Position numbers and translations under genes: made by a program. Positions 59,206 to 64,000 of a stretch of DNA of 64,000 nucleotides are shown one piece after another. The DNA is taken from the NCBI RefSeq assembly GCF_964213995.1, contig NC_135814.1:14942001-15006000 (forward strand), in the 5' to 3' direction. The stretch is from Mustelus asterias (Eukaryota). Position 1 is the first letter of the stretch. Every line of letters begins with the position of its first letter. The notes beneath the pieces are model-generated. The model worked only from the letters and a program-made list of their open reading frames with translations, did no database searches and was not told the DNA's origin.

Positions 59206-59533
59206 ACGGCATGGTAGCACAGTGGTTAGCACTATTGCTTCACAGCGCCGGGGACACAGGTTCGATTCCTGGCTTGGGTCACTGTCTGTGTGAAGTTTGC
59301 ACATTCTCCCTGTGTTTGCGTGGATGTCCTCCAGGTGCTCCGGTTTCCTCCCACGGTCCAAGGATGTGCGGGTGAGTTGGATTGGCCATGCTAAATTGTC
59401 CCTCAGTGTCAGGGGGACTAGCTAGGGTAAGTGCATGGGGTTATGGGGATAGGGACTGTGTGGGATTGTGGTCGGTGCAGACTCGATGGGCCAAATGGCC
59501 TCCTTCTGCCCTGTAGGCTTCTATGCTTTTATG
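59206..59533 (+). mobile_element. HE1-type V-SINE
   Basis: Full-length. Confidence 0.88.
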
Positions 59534-60299
59534 ACCATTGGTCCAATGTTCTTCAAGGTCCAAAATGCCTCATTATTCTTGCTGTGCTGTTGTCAATCCT
59601 GACTTCCAGCAAACTGGTCTAAAGCATGAGGGAAATGTTTAACTAACAGGGCCTGCTGTAAAACACTTCACTCCACAGCAACCTGGGCCACGAAACAGAG
59701 AATCTCATGATAGCAATTGTTTAATCTGAATAAAGTCTTCTTTCTTTGTTTGGCAGCTTCTGCCCTGAGGCTCAGACACAATCTTTTGATGCTTCTTCCT
59801 TCAAAGAGTTTGGAAGTTCTCCAGCTGGATGTTTAGCTCTATTTATTCACATTTGTTTATTGCAAAGTTCTGTCAACCTAGACAGTTACATCTGCTGCTT
59901 CTGAGAGTCGGCATATTGGCCATTTTTATGGCACCAGTTGCACAAAGGGGACAAACCTTGCATCCAAAAACTGAAAGCCGCAGGGTTGCAGGAATTTGCT
60001 AGGTCTTATGCTTGATCTGAAATCCTGATCTGAAGCACCCGACTCCACTCAGAGCACCCTAATTACTGGCAAGAATCCCTAAATAGATGTTGGGCATCTT
60101 ATTGACGGATGGACAAAGCCAAGCACCTTTTTAGTTCCGATGCCATTGCTATTCTGAACAAAATTTCCTAACTCGAGCTTGACAGCCCCCTCTGTGTCCC
60201 CTGACAGCCTTCAAGGAGCCCCCTCTGCTGCTTTTGAATCCCACAAGAGGTCGACGTTGGACCCGGCACCCGATAAGCTCCTGCCCTCACCCAATGTTT

Positions 60300-60590
60300 G
60301 AGGACTCTGGGTCTGCACTCGAGTGAGTTTAGAAGGATGAGGGGGGGAATCTCACTGAAACTTACACAAAGGCATGGACAGAGTGGACTTGAAGAAGATG
60401 TCTCCATTATTAGGAGAGACCAGGATCCCAGGGCACAGCCTTGAAGTAAGGAGATGATGCTTTAGAACTGAGATGAGGAACAAGTTCTTCAGCCAGAGAG
60501 TGGTGCGTCTGTGGAATTCATTACCACAGAAGGCTGTGGAGGCCAGGTCATTGAGTGCATTTAAGACAGAGATAGATAGATTCCTAATTG
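60300..60590 (+). mobile_element. CR1 3' region (host; resumes at 62452-62590)
   Basis: MRNKFFSQRVVRLWNSLP...FKTEIDRFL. Confidence 0.82.
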
Positions 60591-62450
60591 AACATAAGAA
60601 CTTAAGAATTAGGAGCAGGAGTAGGCTATCTGGCCCCTCGAGCCTGCTCTGTCATCCAATAAGATCATGGCTGATCTTTTCGTGAACTCAGCTCCACTTA
60701 CCCACCCACTCACCATAACCCTTAATTCCTTTACTGTTCAAAAATCCTTGCCTTAAAAACATTCAAGAGGTAGCCTCAACTGCTTCACTGGGCAGGGAAT
60801 TCCACAGATTCACAACCCTTTCTGTGAAGAAGTTCATCCTCAACTCAGTCCAAAATCTGCTCCCCCTTATTTTGAGGCTTTTCCCCCTCGTTCTAGTTTC
60901 ACCCGCCAGTGGAAACAACTTCCCTGCTTCTATCTTATCTATTCCCTTCATAATCTTATATGTTTCTATAAGATCTCTCCTCATTCTTCTGAATTCCAAT
61001 GAGTCTAGTCCAGTCTACTCAGTCTCTCCTCATAAGCCAACCCTCTCAACTCCGAAATCAACCTAGTGAATCTCTTCTGCACCCCCTCCAGTGCCAGTAT
61101 ATTCTTTCTCAAGTAAGAAGACCAAAACTGCACACAGTACTGCAGGTGTACCTTATACAGCTGCAACATAACCTCACTGTTTTTAAACTCCACCCCTCTA
61201 GCAATGAAGGACAAAATTCCATTTGCCTTCTTAATTACCTGCTGCACCTGCAAACTACCTCCTTGTGATTCTTGCGCATGGACACCCAGGTCCCTCTGCA
61301 CAACAGCATGCTGCAATATTTTACCATTTAAATAATAGCGCATTTTGCTGTTATTCCTACCAAAATGGATAAGCTCACATTTACCAACATTGTACTCCAA
61401 CTGCCAGACCCTCGCCCACTCACTTAGACTATCTATATCCGTTTGCAGACTTTCAGCGTCCTCTGCACACTTTGCTCTGCTACTCATCTTAGTGTCATCT
61501 GCGAATTTTGACACACTACACTTGGTCCCTAACTCCAAATCATCGATGTAAATCATAAACAATTGCAGTCCCAACACTGATCCCTGAGGCACACCACTAG
61601 TCACTGATCGCCAACCAGAAAAACGCCCATTTACCCCTACTTTTTGCTTGCTGTTAGTTAACCAATCCTCTATCCATCCATTACCCGCAACACCATGCAC
61701 CTTTATCTTATGCAGCAGTCTTTGGTGGGACACCTTGTCAGATGCCTTCTGGAAATCCAGATACACCACATTCGCAGGTTCCCCATTGTCCACTGTGCAT
61801 GTAATATTCTCGATGAATTCCACCAGATTAGTCAAACATGACCTGCCCTTCATGAACCCATGCTTACCAATGGGACAATTTATAACCAGATGTCTCGCTA
61901 TTTCTCCCTTGATGATAGATTCAAGCATTTTCCCTACTACAGAAGTTAAGCTAACCGGCCTATAGTTACTTCTGTCTACCTCCTTTTTTAAACAGTGGCG
62001 TCACATTTGCTGTTTTCCAATCTGAGGGAACCACCCCAGAGTCCAGCGAATTTTGGTAAATTACCACTAGTGCATTTGCTATTTCCCCGGCCATCTCTTT
62101 TCGTACCCTGGAATGCATTCCATCAGGGCCAGGAGACTTGTCTACCTTTAGCTCCATTAGTTTGCCCAACACTACCTTTTTTGTGATACTGATAGTTTCT
62201 AGGTCCTCACCTGTCAATAGCCTTCTTGTCATCAATTTTTGGCATGTTATTTGTGTCTTCCACTGTGAAGACCGACACAAGATACTTGTTCAATGCCTCA
62301 GCCATTTTCTCATTTCCAGTTATTATTATTCCTTCTCATCCTCTAAAGGACCAATGTTTACTTTAGCCACTCATTTTTGTTTTATATATTTGTAGAAACT
62401 TTTACTATCTGTTTTTATATTCTGAGCTAGTTTACTCTCCTAATCCATCC
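60591..62450 (-). mobile_element. 5'-truncated CR1 LINE nested in an opposite-strand CR1
   Basis: ORFs 61966-62280, 61005-61928 (FADD) and 60763-60999. Flanked by cctaattg / cctcattg. Confidence 0.93.
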
Positions 62451-63029
62451 CTCATTGGTAAGGAGATCAAAGGTAATGCGGAAAAGGCCGGAGAATGGGG
62501 TTGAGAAACCTATCTGCCATGTTTGAGTGATGGAGTAGACTCGATGGGCCAAATGGCCTAATTCTGCTCCTATATCTTATGGTCTTATAACCCTTCTGAC
62601 CAGTAAAAAGAGACATTTCACACTGGATGGCCCTTAATTGCCTTAAACATTAAAAATGCGATTACATCCGTTAACGGATTCTACATCCACTTCCAAGCCC
62701 GCCGACCCAAGCAAGTGCAAAATTCAAGCCATAGTCTTTTTTTAAAAGCTTAAAAAATCTTTCCAAATTGTTTGAGTTTCCAGAATTGTAGATTCTTGCA
62801 GTTACCAACCAGCTTTATGGGCTAAAGTTATATTGCTGGATCAAGAGACGTGTTGTCAAAGTATTTGCATTTGTCAACAGGACAAATGCAAGAATTCCAA
62901 ATTTCAAACAATCACTGCAGTTTATACTACAGGAGAAAAGGGTTAGCAGGTCTAGTTTGATTGGCCAGTTTCATAAAATGTGCAAGGCTTGAACATGTTC
63001 CTTTTGTTTGCAGTGAACGAATCCCTGTG

Positions 63030-63542
63030 AATGAATGTATGTCGTGGGATATCGGCATTACAAGTTGGGCCAGCATTTATTGCCCATCCCTAATTACTCT
63101 TGAACTGAGTGGCTTGCGAGGTGACTTTAGATGGCTGTTCAGAGTCAACTACAATGTGTCAAATTATAAGCTCAACTAATCATAAATGGGTTTTTAAAAA
63201 TTCATTCGTGGGACATGGGCATCGCTGGCTGGCCAACATTTATTGCCCATCCCTAGTTGCCCAAGGGCAGTTCAAAGTCAACCACATTGCTGTGGCCCTG
63301 GAGTCACATGTAGGCCAGACTGGGTAAAAATGGCAGATTTCCTTCTCTAAAGGACATTAATGAACCAGATGGGTTTTTTCGACAATGGTTTCATGGTCAT
63401 CAGTAGATTCTTAGTTCCAGTTTTTTTTATTGAATTCAAATTCCACCATCAGCCGTGGCAGGATTTGAACCTGCTCCCCAGAACATTAGCTGAGTTTCTG
63501 GATTATTAATCTAGTGATAATACCACGAGGCCATCGCCTCCC
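63030..63542 (-). mobile_element. Meta-SINE-like SINEs (partial 63030-63160; full 63195-63542)
   Basis: Core and tail motifs. Confidence 0.82.
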
Positions 63543-63869
63543 ATAGCTGTTTACACACTCAGGATTGCTCTGCAAGTGCTGACCAAATGCAGAATCACAC
63601 TCAACAGTAGCTGTTTCATTTTGGGGTTTGCAAGCGTGAACTGTTTGAGTACGGTCTCAACTCTGCCTATTCCGAACAACCAAAGAAACATGTTGTTTGA
63701 TGTGATCAACCTGGCATTGCGCATGCACTGTAATTCTTTTACAACATTGCTGAACTGTGTGGTCGCGGAACTTCTTTTTGGATTGGCATCAGTATCCTAT
63801 AAATGGAAAATACTACTTATGTACCTATCCATCCCTCTCTCTCTGTCTGATTCAGATTATTCATAATTT

Positions 63870-64000
63870 CAGTGCCATATTTTGACCTAGCGAGTTCCTG
63901 ACCAAACATTTGCACTAAGTTAAGACGCCTATTCTCAGCTCTGTAACATTGCTCAACTCCACACCCGTCTCAACTCACCTGCTGCTTAAACCCTCATCCA
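63870..64000 (+). mobile_element. L2 LINE fragment running off the window
   Basis: atatttgacc...taacattgc...aaccctcatcca resembles L2 ORF2 (LRNI...ETLIHA). Confidence 0.5.

Overview
Vertebrate genomic DNA, almost certainly from a cartilaginous fish (shark-like), judged from its repeat content. Most of the window is transposon-derived: HE1-type V-SINEs, a second V-SINE with a Rex1-like tail, a Meta-SINE-like tRNA SINE, CR1/HER1-type LINEs, Rex1/Babar, L2, Penelope-like elements with minimal hammerhead ribozymes, Harbinger-like TIR elements, a Tigger/pogo fossil, a Gypsy RT fossil and LTR-like pieces. The only host coding sequence I can support is a 91-nt minus-strand first coding exon (14662-14572). 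It encodes a signal peptide (MDPHTSRERFLFAFSLSIISLWIFLTTAHS) with a strong Kozak context and a phase-1 GTAAGT donor. About 400 bp into intron 1 is a near-consensus REST/NRSF RE1 site paired with an inverted zero-spacer RE1 copy, which suggests a neuronal secreted or membrane protein gene; I could not name it. About 290 bp upstream of the ATG begins a ~120-unit 22-bp minisatellite that was split by a CR1 insertion. Most six-frame ORFs are repeat-derived or spurious. Repeat boundaries were read by eye (roughly +/-10-30 bp), and family names come from recalled motifs, not database searches. I found no unambiguous new multi-gene system. The best leads are the RE1 hairpin, the promoter minisatellite, the ribozyme-bearing palindromic elements and a few unexplained inverted or duplicated motifs.
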